Source: a virus
Direction: 5' to 3' (one strand)
Virus genome (UHGV): UHGV-1351772
Length of the DNA stretch: 64,000 bases
The position numbers and the translations under genes are program-made. The stretch's first letter is position 1, and the number at the start of each line of letters is the position of its first letter. Below, piece by piece: positions 36,397 to 44,643 of the stretch. A model generated the notes under the pieces. It was not told where the DNA came from, made no database searches, and was given only the letters and a program-made list of their open reading frames with translations.

Positions 36397-37329
36397 TTAC
36401 TTTTTGGTTTGACCCAGGTTTTCAAGAACCAGTTCACGAATGTACTTCTGAGTACGTTTCTTCGGCGGTAAAGCCATAAGGGTGTCAACGATTCCCTGCC
36501 CACCGATAACCTTGCTGACGAGTTGTTGAACTTGGAAGAGTTCTGCTTCTTCGTCACTGATTTCATTAGCTTGGTCTTTCTGACACAATGCTTCTACCAG
36601 GTCAGCTACGGATATTTCATTTTCGTCACCAGGGAAATCCAGGTTTAACGATTCGAAAACATCACGCTTAACGAGCACAGATTTCAGATCATCGTAGTTT
36701 TCACAAACGGCGACTTCTGTGCCAGGTACCGTTTCTTCTTCGTCTTGATCTTCATTCTCAGCGGAGAGGTAACTTACTTCTGTTGCGTGGAATGTTGCGT
36801 CAGCTTTTCTCAGGACGTAGCTCACATGCGACCAATTGCTCAGGATGAAGTAGACAACACCCCCATTTAATCCGATATTGCCCTGGCGAAGTTCGAGAGC
36901 AATTTCCAGGCGGCGTGAAATCTGCCCCAAGTCAAAGAAAGACTCGTCGCGTGCCGCAACAACTTCGTACTGATTCACCCCTTGTTCTACAACAACGAAC
37001 CAGTTATCCGGGAGAGGATACGGGTTGCGCATGAAAGAAAGTTCGTTCCCTACGCCTGGGTCAACAGTAACGGATGTATGGCGCATTCCCATGGAGAAGT
37101 TGAACGTATCCCCATTTAGAACCGCAATTGCACCGTCAATCGGAAGAATTTTGGTGGTACGATCAATAGAGAAAATCTCTTTCTGCGTAATTGAAGGCTG
37201 ATTACTGCCTAGGAAGTGATTACGCAGAAAAGCAGCGGTTGGGCCTACGCTGGCTTGCAGTATATGGTGGTTATAACGACGACGCAGTGTGTTAGCCAGT
37301 TCGTAAATTACTTCTGATGGAAAAGTCAT
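36397..37329 (-). CDS. Hypothetical protein, 310 aa (paralog of 35784-36335), acidic C-terminal tail
   Basis: See paralog evidence; ATG 37329. Confidence 0.6.
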   Translation of the reverse strand: MTFPSEVIYELANTLRRRYNHHILQASVGPTAAFLRNHFLGSNQPSITQKEIFSIDRTTKILPIDGAIAVLNGDTFNFSMGMRHTSVTVDPGVGNELSFMRNPYPLPDNWFVVVEQGVNQYEVVAARDESFFDLGQISRRLEIALELRQGNIGLNGGVVYFILSNWSHVSYVLRKADATFHATEVSYLSAENEDQDEEETVPGTEVAVCENYDDLKSVLVKRDVFESLNLDFPGDENEISVADLVEALCQKDQANEISDEEAELFQVQQLVSKVIGGQGIVDTLMALPPKKRTQKYIRELVLENLGQTKK

Positions 37330-37382
37330 TTTAATAGTCCTCTTTTAGGTTTGTTCAAATCAACTAAGGGTTATGTAAAAAG

Positions 37383-37862
37383 TTAAAATAATGGCAAGTT
37401 ACGCCATTGTCCTACCGAGTAAAAAGCTTTTGGATGTTTACGGATATACGCTTTCGCTTCTTCTGGCAACCAACGGTCACCTACCAGTTTTTGTTGTGCA
37501 ACAATTACTGCCATCAACAAATAAGGGTTTTTCGCACCGGGAAACTTTGCATTGGTTTCTAGCGCAATATCCAACATTGACGACCAGCCCAGTAATTTAT
37601 GCTGCGCCGGTAAACGTTCTTCAATATACATCAGCCAGTTCATGATTTGTTTAGGTTTATACGGACAGGTATAATTCGCCCAACACACCATGACGAACTT
37701 AATAGCCTTCGCAATCACCCATACAGGGACAGTCACGAAAAGGCAGAAAATAGCCAACTGCGATGCGGGCGCTTCGACAAAAGTAATCGCCACAAGGACC
37801 ATAAACAATTCAAGTACCACAAACCAAAAACGCGTTGGATAACGCCAAATGAACTTTATCAT
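37383..37862 (-). CDS. Integral membrane protein, 159 aa
   Basis: Multiple hydrophobic helices (FWFVVLELFMVLVAITFV, LAIFCLFVTVPVWVIAKAIKFVMVCWA); AGGAG SD. Confidence 0.6.
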   Translation of the reverse strand: MIKFIWRYPTRFWFVVLELFMVLVAITFVEAPASQLAIFCLFVTVPVWVIAKAIKFVMVCWANYTCPYKPKQIMNWLMYIEERLPAQHKLLGWSSMLDIALETNAKFPGAKNPYLLMAVIVAQQKLVGDRWLPEEAKAYIRKHPKAFYSVGQWRNLPLF

Positions 37863-37895
37863 AACTCTGCTCCTTTAGGGAATGAAAATAAAAGT

Positions 37896-37930
37896 ACCCC
37901 TTACTCCACAAAGGGTAAGGGGTAGGGATT
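37896..37930 (-). terminator. Rho-independent terminator (minus strand)
   Basis: CCCTTAC-loop-GTAAGGG hairpin, U-run on minus strand. Confidence 0.55.
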
Positions 37931-38438
37931 AGAAGAACGGCTGATTTGGAATGACAGCGTACTCTAAAATGAACATGTGTTCTGGGGCGTCTTCTTTACG
38001 CCAGACCTTGTGTGTCGACACAAGTTTTTCCAGAATCGTTAGAAAACTACGCTGGCAGTATGTGTTTTCACCAAGCAGTAGATTTTGAAGTTCTACAGTA
38101 GCGTCCATATACGCCTGTTTAAAGACTAAATTACGGTTATACTGCCCGGTAAAATTCCAAAGCAAGACTTTCCCTTCTTCGGTTTCTTTTACCGTTGGTC
38201 GTAAACCACAAATCCACAGTAAGGCAAGGTTGACGTTCCAGTCAAACTCTAAACCTTCTTCTTCGTCATCACCGAATGCTGTGGGTAAAGCATCGTAAAA
38301 TTCGTGTTTCTCTGCGAATTCTTCATCCGACTTAATCTCGTCTTCGATACTGCTTCGGACGATACTGTAAACGTCTTTCGCGGTCAATTGTGCGGCTTTT
38401 GTAATGCCTTTATACCAATCGGTTACTACGATGCTCAA
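37929..38438 (-). CDS. Hypothetical acidic protein, 169 aa (TTG start)
   Basis: TTG 38438 with GAGGAG SD; TTGA overlap with upstream stop; no ATG until aa ~122. Confidence 0.5.
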   Translation of the reverse strand: MSIVVTDWYKGITKAAQLTAKDVYSIVRSSIEDEIKSDEEFAEKHEFYDALPTAFGDDEEEGLEFDWNVNLALLWICGLRPTVKETEEGKVLLWNFTGQYNRNLVFKQAYMDATVELQNLLLGENTYCQRSFLTILEKLVSTHKVWRKEDAPEHMFILEYAVIPNQPFF

Positions 38439-39133
38439 AGGGTAACTCCTCTATTGATTGGAAAACTCGTGTTTATCGTATCCCAAATTCTACTAACTTC
38501 CGCCAGTTGAATCTGACGTGGTGTTTTCTTCGCAAACGCAAGCTGACGTGGGGCCGAGCCCACAACAACAGGCACATCGATTTTCGCGCTATAGAACGCG
38601 GCGTCTTTCATAAAGCCTGCCATTTCTCGTTGTGCTGCTCGAGATTTGCTTTTGATTCGCGTGTGAGCGCCACTTTCACCCCAGTGGTAAGCTAACGCAA
38701 TTTCAGCCATGGTGGGCTTGCGTTTGAGTCGTTTGGTTAACCCCTTCTCAAGATGTTTAACATACGCGGCAGCCAGCAAAACAGCATTACGCGGATTATA
38801 TAAATCGGCGTTCTGACTAAGACCTAATTCTTTTCCATAAAGCCTTAGCAGATTACGCTTGGTACTTGGAAGCATCTGTACCAGGCTGTGTGCTCGTGAG
38901 CTTTTGTTGTAAGCCTTGGGATCAAAACGTGATTCGCGATAAATCAGCGTAATCATCAGCTTAGGATCAACGCCTTGCTTTCGTGAGATTTCCACAATTA
39001 ACGGGCTGACTTTTTCGAACCGATGTTGGATTTGTGCAAACTCACGCTGATGCTTAGAATGTGGCGTTGACGTTGACGCCTGTGCGTTAAACGCGAAAAG
39101 TGTTACCAGTAAAAGAAAGAAGATACGAAACAT
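38435..39133 (-). CDS. Secreted lytic transglycosylase (signal peptide plus SLT domain)
   Basis: Start moved to ATG 39133 (GGAG SD): MFRIFFLLLVTLFAFNAQA signal peptide; ESRFDPKAYNKSSRAHSLVQMLPST ... YNPRNAVLLAAAYVKHL. Confidence 0.6.
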   Translation of the reverse strand: MFRIFFLLLVTLFAFNAQASTSTPHSKHQREFAQIQHRFEKVSPLIVEISRKQGVDPKLMITLIYRESRFDPKAYNKSSRAHSLVQMLPSTKRNLLRLYGKELGLSQNADLYNPRNAVLLAAAYVKHLEKGLTKRLKRKPTMAEIALAYHWGESGAHTRIKSKSRAAQREMAGFMKDAAFYSAKIDVPVVVGSAPRQLAFAKKTPRQIQLAEVSRIWDTINTSFPINRGVTL

Positions 39134-39225
39134 TTTGTTTCTCCAGTTGGATTTATACATTTCCGTATTCCGTAAGACGAAATGACGGCGCGGACAGCTA
39201 ATACTCCTTTGTTGTGTGCCCTAAT

Positions 39226-39235
39226 GATAATATCT
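39226..39235. promoter_or_regulatory. GATAATATCT element
   Basis: Third exact copy of the 10-mer, upstream of the secreted lytic transglycosylase gene. Confidence 0.3.
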
Positions 39236-39731
39236 ATTTAAAAGAGTTTGGAATTAATGACTCTGCTTCTTGATACAACTTATCAGGTAAGTATAACGTG
39301 TAGCGTTGCCTCCTCGGTTCAAGTTTTTTGTAAAGCCACAAAAAGATTTCTTGTCTTTCCCAGGAATCTAACCACCCGTTTGCCATTCCAAGTGGAGGGA
39401 TAGCAACGCTGGTATCCAGATCCTCAGCACAATCCGCCAGTGCGGTAATGCCCGCAGTAACATAAGAAACCTGGGACTTTAAGCGCCAATGGGTTTTCGT
39501 GGGGAGCAAGATACACTTTTCGTCAGAGTAAACGTAAACGTTTCCAATCTTAATTTCGTTTTCACGACACCGCTTACGATAATTCTGGTAAAGGTTGGGG
39601 TAGCGTTCACGACACGCGAGTGCAATGCCGCGACCCATCGCTCCTACGCAGTTAATGGTAACGACTTTATAGTCTTCGGGCGCATTAAAAAGATCGTTAT
39701 CAATTTCAGATTCTTTACGTACCGTTAACAT
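39234..39731 (-). CDS. Macro domain protein, TARG1/OARD1-like
   Basis: Start moved to ATG 39731 (MLTVRKE...). NDLF...VVTINCVGAMGRGIALACRERYP and VAIPPLGMANGWLDSWERQEIF resemble by eye TARG1 GDLF..[25 protein letters not shown] and LSMPRIGCGLDRLQWENV. Confidence 0.55.
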   Translation of the reverse strand: MLTVRKESEIDNDLFNAPEDYKVVTINCVGAMGRGIALACRERYPNLYQNYRKRCRENEIKIGNVYVYSDEKCILLPTKTHWRLKSQVSYVTAGITALADCAEDLDTSVAIPPLGMANGWLDSWERQEIFLWLYKKLEPRRQRYTLYLPDKLYQEAESLIPNSFK

Positions 39732-39818
39732 AACGAAACGCCCGGAGTTGATGTGTAGTATTAAAACGTGTACCGCCGATTGATAGCTCGACAAGTATAG
39801 CGATATATGTTTTACCCA

Positions 39819-40187
39819 TTATCGATTTTTCGTAATCCATTGCTTGACCGCCGCTTCTAAACCCTCGTGTTGTAAGCCCAGGCGTTGCATAGTCAGTGCC
39901 AAGTTAAGCGTGTGTACGACCTGCTCACGGAACCGATGATCGTTCATACGGTCCCAGACCTTCTCTACTGAAATATTGTGTTTCCAGAGCAAATAAGCTT
40001 CACGACACGATGCACGACGAACTAAGCTAGGTTTAACAAAAGGCAACTCGATTTCAGGCAAGTAACCTAAAAGCTTAACTAACGGCGTTACTTGTGTCTT
40101 ACCGAAGTCGCCACACTGATAACAAATTTGTAGAATATCAATTTCATTCAACGGTATACCGTAAATTGATGGGTTCTCTGTGAACAT
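39819..40187 (-). CDS. Hypothetical protein, 122 aa
   Basis: ATG 40187 with GAGGAG SD. Confidence 0.55.
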   Translation of the reverse strand: MFTENPSIYGIPLNEIDILQICYQCGDFGKTQVTPLVKLLGYLPEIELPFVKPSLVRRASCREAYLLWKHNISVEKVWDRMNDHRFREQVVHTLNLALTMQRLGLQHEGLEAAVKQWITKNR

Positions 40188-40389
40188 TCATATTCTCCTC
40201 AGGCTCGAAATGTGTTTCGGGTGGCAACGTCCCTAAAGCCCCTTGGATACAAGCCGTCAGTGAAGGTTTGCCGAAACAGACCTTACCTATTGTCCCCACA
40301 TTGGGATGCTGTAAGAACGCTTTCGCACGTTCGTATTCCTTCCAACAAATACTCGTATCCAAACCACCCACTCCGTACGATTTTAACAT
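40144..40389 (-). CDS. Hypothetical protein, 81 aa (3' end overlaps next gene by 44 nt)
   Basis: ATG 40389 with AGGAGAG SD. Confidence 0.5.
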   Translation of the reverse strand: MLKSYGVGGLDTSICWKEYERAKAFLQHPNVGTIGKVCFGKPSLTACIQGALGTLPPETHFEPEENMNVHREPINLRYTVE

Positions 40390-40455
40390 AATTAGCTCTC
40401 CTGACGTAAATTTCTCACACTCATAGTGAGGTACGCCAAGAGAGCTTTATTGTTT

Positions 40456-40899
40456 TTAGAATGTTTTGCTAAAATCGACCCACTCACGATCGCGTGAGTA
40501 AACCGCCTGATAGCCGCGTCGGATGAAATACTCTTTTGCTTCTTTACATTTCGCATACATGCCAGTAACAATCTCGCCGAAAACTTCATCAGCTGCAATT
40601 GCTTTGAAAATCTCTTTCATTACACCCCGTTGACGATAGTCTGGGAGCACGTATACCGAACGTATCTTAAGTGAACCGTTACGATTCCGATAACTACAGT
40701 ATCCTACCGCGACATCATCCTGATACACCAGAACTATGCAGTTACCTTCGATCAGCTGTCGCGCATTTAACTTCGGCACCGACGTTTTGATTTTCAGTAA
40801 CGTGGCCTGGTGGTCTAAGTAACGGTAGTGTAGTTTGAGTAAATCGGCAGCTTGTCGCTCACCGACTTTAGAAGATGCGTTCAACAAATAAATTTCCAT
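40456..40899 (-). CDS. Putative GNAT-family N-acetyltransferase
   Basis: Start at ATG 40899; VGYCSYRNRNGSLKIRSVYVLPDYRQRGVMKEIF resembles GNAT motif A. Confidence 0.5.
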   Translation of the reverse strand: MEIYLLNASSKVGERQAADLLKLHYRYLDHQATLLKIKTSVPKLNARQLIEGNCIVLVYQDDVAVGYCSYRNRNGSLKIRSVYVLPDYRQRGVMKEIFKAIAADEVFGEIVTGMYAKCKEAKEYFIRRGYQAVYSRDREWVDFSKTF

Positions 40900-40930
40900 T
40901 TGCAAACCTTAGAGACGCAAAAAAAGTAAA

Positions 40931-41059
40931 ATTAAAACCAACGCGCGATGACGAAAGCCGCAGCGGCTAATATGGCTGTGGTGATTATTAATCCACCCCA
41001 TGAAAGTTCCGCGTCGTATAGTGCGGATATCGCTACATTCGTAGCGTTTATCGTGGTCA
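40931..41059 (-). CDS. Small membrane peptide, 42 aa (not in ORF track)
   Basis: ATG 41059 with AGGAG SD; MTTINATNVAISALYDAELSWGGLIITTAILAAAAFVIARWF. Confidence 0.45.
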
Positions 41060-41117
41060 TTTTCTGCTCCTGTCAATACCCTCACACCGGAGGGTATCTT
41101 CTGGATTATCTGGGTGG

Positions 41118-41216
41118 TTAATCTTCGAATGCCCAACGGTGACGTTTAATCAGCCAGTTTAAACCTTTACCAATTAACCACAACGAGCCAAGTGTTAACA
41201 GAACCCCTACAACCAT
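41118..41216 (-). CDS. Small membrane peptide, 32 aa (not in ORF track)
   Basis: ATG 41216 with AGGAGAG SD; MVVGVLLTLGSLWLIGKGLNWLIKRHRWAFED. Confidence 0.45.
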   Translation of the reverse strand: MVVGVLLTLGSLWLIGKGLNWLIKRHRWAFED

Positions 41217-41226
41217 ATTCCCTCTC

Positions 41227-41406
41227 CTAATTCCGCCATTCGCATTCGCGTTGACGCCAAATTGAACCCCACGATAGTTTAATCAGATAAGATGAAACTA
41301 CCCATAAAATCATCACCACACAAAACATGACATAAAGAACCGCTAGAATGGACATGAAGCCAAACCCTGCCGCATCCACAATATGACGGAACCAATCAGT
41401 TTGCAT
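41227..41406 (-). CDS. Small membrane peptide, 59 aa
   Basis: ATG 41406 (AAGGAG upstream); MQTDWFRHIVDAAGFGFMSILAVLYVMFCVVMILWVVSSYLIK...; overlaps stop of ATPase gene. Confidence 0.5.
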   Translation of the reverse strand: MQTDWFRHIVDAAGFGFMSILAVLYVMFCVVMILWVVSSYLIKLSWGSIWRQRECEWRN

Positions 41407-43900
41407 AAACAATTTTTACTCCTTCGTTATACACCGCAGGCAATGTCACCCCTTCCGGTTCGATGACACAGTACGATGCTTCATTAAGTTTAGAATGAAC
41501 CTCGGCTTCGTGGGAGACTACCAACAGTTGAGAAAATTCTCCCGAGTTTGCTAACGTTTTAATAAAGCCGACCAGGTTGTTACGGTGCTCCTCATCCATG
41601 CCTTCCGAAGGCTCATCCAAAAGCAATGGAAACTGATGCAACTTCAGCGCTTTGTACGCAGTCAGCCTGAACATCAGATTAAATATCGCACGCTGCGCCT
41701 TAGACCCTTTACGCACGTCAGGAACAGGCTCAGGATGCGTTTTTAGCTGGACAGGAAAAGTATAATCCAAATCGCCGTCAGTGAGGTCACAAGGCATAAC
41801 GCGCATGGGGTACGTCCAGACCTGTTCGATATAACGCGTCATTAACTCTGTGATTCTAACGATAGCGTTGTAAAAATACTTTCTAAGTACACCCTTTTCT
41901 GGAGAGAAGGCTTGAATCATCAGTTTGTTATTGAACTGCTGGGCTTGTAAGTCAGCAAGTTCGCGTTCCAAACTGTTGAGCTGATTCAATTCATTTTCCA
42001 TCTGACGATAACGTTCGCGTGCGGTTGTAAAAGCATCCAGCTTCCCTTCTCGTGCACGTAAGAGTTCCTCGACGACCGTATTTGTCAACGTAACCTTAAC
42101 ATCACTCTCTAACCGTTCGAATAACGCACTGAAATCATCTACAGCACGTTTAACATTCACCAGATAGGTAAGTGTCGTGTTAGCCAGTTCGTGCTCTCTA
42201 CGACGCATTGAGAGCATTTCTGTGGCTTTACCTAATCGTGACTGTTGGAAAGCGATTTTCTGTTGTAAAGCACCATCGACGTTACCAACGGCCGCCACGG
42301 CATCCTGCCATTCTTTTTCCGCCTTCACTAACCGTTGTCGGGTTTCATGGTACTCAATAGCAGAGTACAACTCGCTGTCAAACGCTGCGCATAGACTCCC
42401 GAACTGTTCACGTGATTCTGTGAAAACGTTACGTTCTTGCAAACGCTTAAAGAACATGCTCAATACCGGGTCCTTTGAATACGTCAGTACAATCTCACGA
42501 ACCTGCCGCATATAAGTTACATCAGATTCTAATTCAACACGATCGCGTAATAAGGTCTCTAACTGCGTTTGCAGTTCCGTGCGCTGCTGTTGTTGTCCGC
42601 GAATCGAAGACTCAAGTTCAGGTAAAGAACGCGTAACACCAGGCCGAAACTTAAACCGACACTGCGGGCAATCCACTTCCGCTGTTTCTAAGTAGTGATT
42701 ACGTTCGTGATTTAAATTCTGTAAAACGTTCTCCACTCGCTGGAGTCTATCCCGCAACCCTGCGGTTTTTTGATCCATCACCAGAAGCCGTTCTTCCAAA
42801 ACATTGAGTTTTTCAGTTGAATGAATTGCGTCCAGTGTTGTTCCTAACCGTTGCCCCCAGACACGCGCATCGGTAGCCGCACGAAGTTGGTCTAAATTGA
42901 CGTTGTCGTTAAATAGACCCGGAAAGAGATGCTCGGTGTCCCATTTGGTAAGTAACTCACGTAAACGCGCCAATGTATTCTTGAGACCTTCGTGATTCCG
43001 CATCAGGTAGTCTTGTCGTGTCGATTCATCCATCAATAACGACAAGTCTTTATTCAACATCGATACCTCTGTTTCAGTAGACACGACAGCTTCGCGGGCC
43101 GTCGCTTCGTTTTGTCGCGCGGCCAGTATCTGTTCATCAGTAGGCAGTCCACCACGATGTTGTAATATTGCGTCGATGGTTGGGCCCAAGCTGTTTAATA
43201 ACGCTTGGATTGTTTCGATGGTGACGGCACGATTTAATCCTGGCAACTGTTCGATTTCTCGGTTCAGTTCACGTAAATCCGATTCCAAACCTTTTAATCT
43301 CGTCGCCAACTGCTGCCGTTCTTCCTCGTTCTCAATAACACGCGTCCGCAATTCGGCGATTTTACGGCTGGTGATTTCAATACCCCCATTTAAGGCAGTA
43401 AGGTTTTTACGTAAACGTTGATAAAACCCTAACGCGTAGGTGAGGTCAGAGGTACTTAAACGGTAAAACCACTTACGACGCAGTTCCGTTCCTGCATCCG
43501 TTAAAAGCACTTCTCCGTTCAGTAGTTCTTTAATCTCTTTTGTAATGCCTGTGATTTCTTCAACACGGGAGTTGTAGACTTTCGCATTACCTTGCTCGAC
43601 GATCTTTGCCCCCGTGGTCAAGTTCTCAATATCACAAACCAGTGAGTTCCCTTTACGGGCAACTTTGAATCGATAGCGTTGATCACCAACTAAACAGTAG
43701 TTCGTGTAAGAACCGCCGTCCCTGAATTCGGTTTTGGCCGGTGCTAAGGGTAAGAATACAGACAGTAGACTGGTTTTCCCGCAACCGTTTCCACCCAGGA
43801 TAATTGTTGTTGGGGACTGGATAGTGAAATCGAATGTTTCAATTTCATGTAACCCCATCCCCGTAAAACCTTTGAGTATAATGCGTTCAACTTTTAGCAT
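41396..43900 (-). CDS. SbcC/Rad50-like SMC-family ATPase with coiled coil and CxxC zinc hook
   Basis: Start moved to ATG 43900 (GGAGGTG SD). Walker A GGNGCGKTSLL, long coiled coil, hook EVDCPQCRF, signature-like SKAQR, Walker B LLLDEP, H-loop VVSHEAE. Confidence 0.75.
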   Translation of the reverse strand: MLKVERIILKGFTGMGLHEIETFDFTIQSPTTIILGGNGCGKTSLLSVFLPLAPAKTEFRDGGSYTNYCLVGDQRYRFKVARKGNSLVCDIENLTTGAKIVEQGNAKVYNSRVEEITGITKEIKELLNGEVLLTDAGTELRRKWFYRLSTSDLTYALGFYQRLRKNLTALNGGIEITSRKIAELRTRVIENEEERQQLATRLKGLESDLRELNREIEQLPGLNRAVTIETIQALLNSLGPTIDAILQHRGGLPTDEQILAARQNEATAREAVVSTETEVSMLNKDLSLLMDESTRQDYLMRNHEGLKNTLARLRELLTKWDTEHLFPGLFNDNVNLDQLRAATDARVWGQRLGTTLDAIHSTEKLNVLEERLLVMDQKTAGLRDRLQRVENVLQNLNHERNHYLETAEVDCPQCRFKFRPGVTRSLPELESSIRGQQQQRTELQTQLETLLRDRVELESDVTYMRQVREIVLTYSKDPVLSMFFKRLQERNVFTESREQFGSLCAAFDSELYSAIEYHETRQRLVKAEKEWQDAVAAVGNVDGALQQKIAFQQSRLGKATEMLSMRRREHELANTTLTYLVNVKRAVDDFSALFERLESDVKVTLTNTVVEELLRAREGKLDAFTTARERYRQMENELNQLNSLERELADLQAQQFNNKLMIQAFSPEKGVLRKYFYNAIVRITELMTRYIEQVWTYPMRVMPCDLTDGDLDYTFPVQLKTHPEPVPDVRKGSKAQRAIFNLMFRLTAYKALKLHQFPLLLDEPSEGMDEEHRNNLVGFIKTLANSGEFSQLLVVSHEAEVHSKLNEASYCVIEPEGVTLPAVYNEGVKIVYAN

Positions 43901-43927
43901 ACCCACCTCCATAAAGACGGAGTGTGG

Positions 43928-43973
43928 TGTAAAAAGAAAAAAATAAAGAAAGGGAGAACCCGAAGGTTCTCCC
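43928..43973 (-). terminator. Strong rho-independent terminator (minus strand) upstream of ATPase gene
   Basis: GGGAGAACC-CGAA-GGTTCTCCC hairpin followed on minus strand by UUUCUUUAUUUUUUUCUUUUU. Confidence 0.75.
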
Positions 43974-43978
43974 AAACG

Positions 43979-44587
43979 TTATTTGGTGTACAGGTGATAA
44001 CCCATTGAAGTCCAATAATCGACGTTCTTCGTGTTTTCTACCCAAACCTGTCCCGCCTTTGTGGCTAAGACTTCCATTGTCAATGTACAGATCAGATTTG
44101 TTACCGGGATACAATTTCCAGGTGTAACATCATCCAGATAAACCGGATATAAAAACGGCGATTTAATGGATTGGTACGGGTAAGAATAGTGGCTACCGAC
44201 CTTCCACCCTTCTTCTACAGGACAGAGATTAAAAGTGCGTGTTTCAGGAACTGCGTTTTCAGAGATCCAGTTAACAACATCGGCTTTAATTCGATCGTGG
44301 TCGATATAGTAGAACACAACACGTTGTGGGATACTTGTGGTACCAGCCGGGTCTAAAGCCTCCAGCGCCTTGAAAGGCGACGTCAACAACGTTGTACTGT
44401 TTTCAAGCGCGTAAACCAACTTTTCGTAAGCGGTCGGCGTTTTGCGTTTAAAATATTCCCGTAAGCGAGGGTATGCCAGGAAGCCCTCTACTTCTTCTTC
44501 CATTAAGTCAATGAATAAAGGCGTATGTGAAAAGCGCTCTGCATTTTGCATCGCTTCAAGAAAACGAACTAATGTAATTTCGTTCAT
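43979..44587 (-). CDS. Hypothetical protein, 202 aa
   Basis: ATG 44587 with AAAGGA SD. Confidence 0.6.
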   Translation of the reverse strand: MNEITLVRFLEAMQNAERFSHTPLFIDLMEEEVEGFLAYPRLREYFKRKTPTAYEKLVYALENSTTLLTSPFKALEALDPAGTTSIPQRVVFYYIDHDRIKADVVNWISENAVPETRTFNLCPVEEGWKVGSHYSYPYQSIKSPFLYPVYLDDVTPGNCIPVTNLICTLTMEVLATKAGQVWVENTKNVDYWTSMGYHLYTK

Positions 44588-44602
44588 CTGGTCTTTCCTT
44601 TT

Positions 44603-44636
44603 AGATCAAAAAAAGAAGCCCCGAGTAAACGGGGCC
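44603..44636 (-). terminator. Rho-independent terminator (minus strand)
   Basis: GCCCCG-AGTAAA-CGGGGC hairpin plus U-run on minus strand. Confidence 0.6.
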
Positions 44637-44643
44637 GGGCTAA

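Noticed and set aside
39134-39233. Possible decayed gene start between the macro domain gene and the secreted lytic transglycosylase gene
   Set aside because: The minus strand reads AAAGGAGTATTAG-CTG, resembling the conserved RBS context, but no start codon follows at the right spacing and the only reading frame is ~15 codons; treated as non-coding leader.
40392-40598. 68-aa minus-strand ORF overlapping the 3' part of the GNAT gene
   Set aside because: Out of frame within a gene that has recognisable GNAT motifs; no SD.
40909-41136. 75-aa minus-strand ORF from the ORF track
   Set aside because: It spans a hairpin and two SD-preceded short hydrophobic ORFs (40931-41059, 41118-41216) in other frames; its own translation is Arg/His-rich with no SD. 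The two micro-ORFs fit the local signals better.
41396-43900. RloC/PrrC-type anticodon nuclease interpretation of the zinc-hook ATPase
   Set aside because: Walker B and the H-loop lie within ~50 residues of the C-terminus, leaving no room for a C-terminal nuclease domain; the head-coil-hook-coil-head layout is that of Rad50/SbcC.
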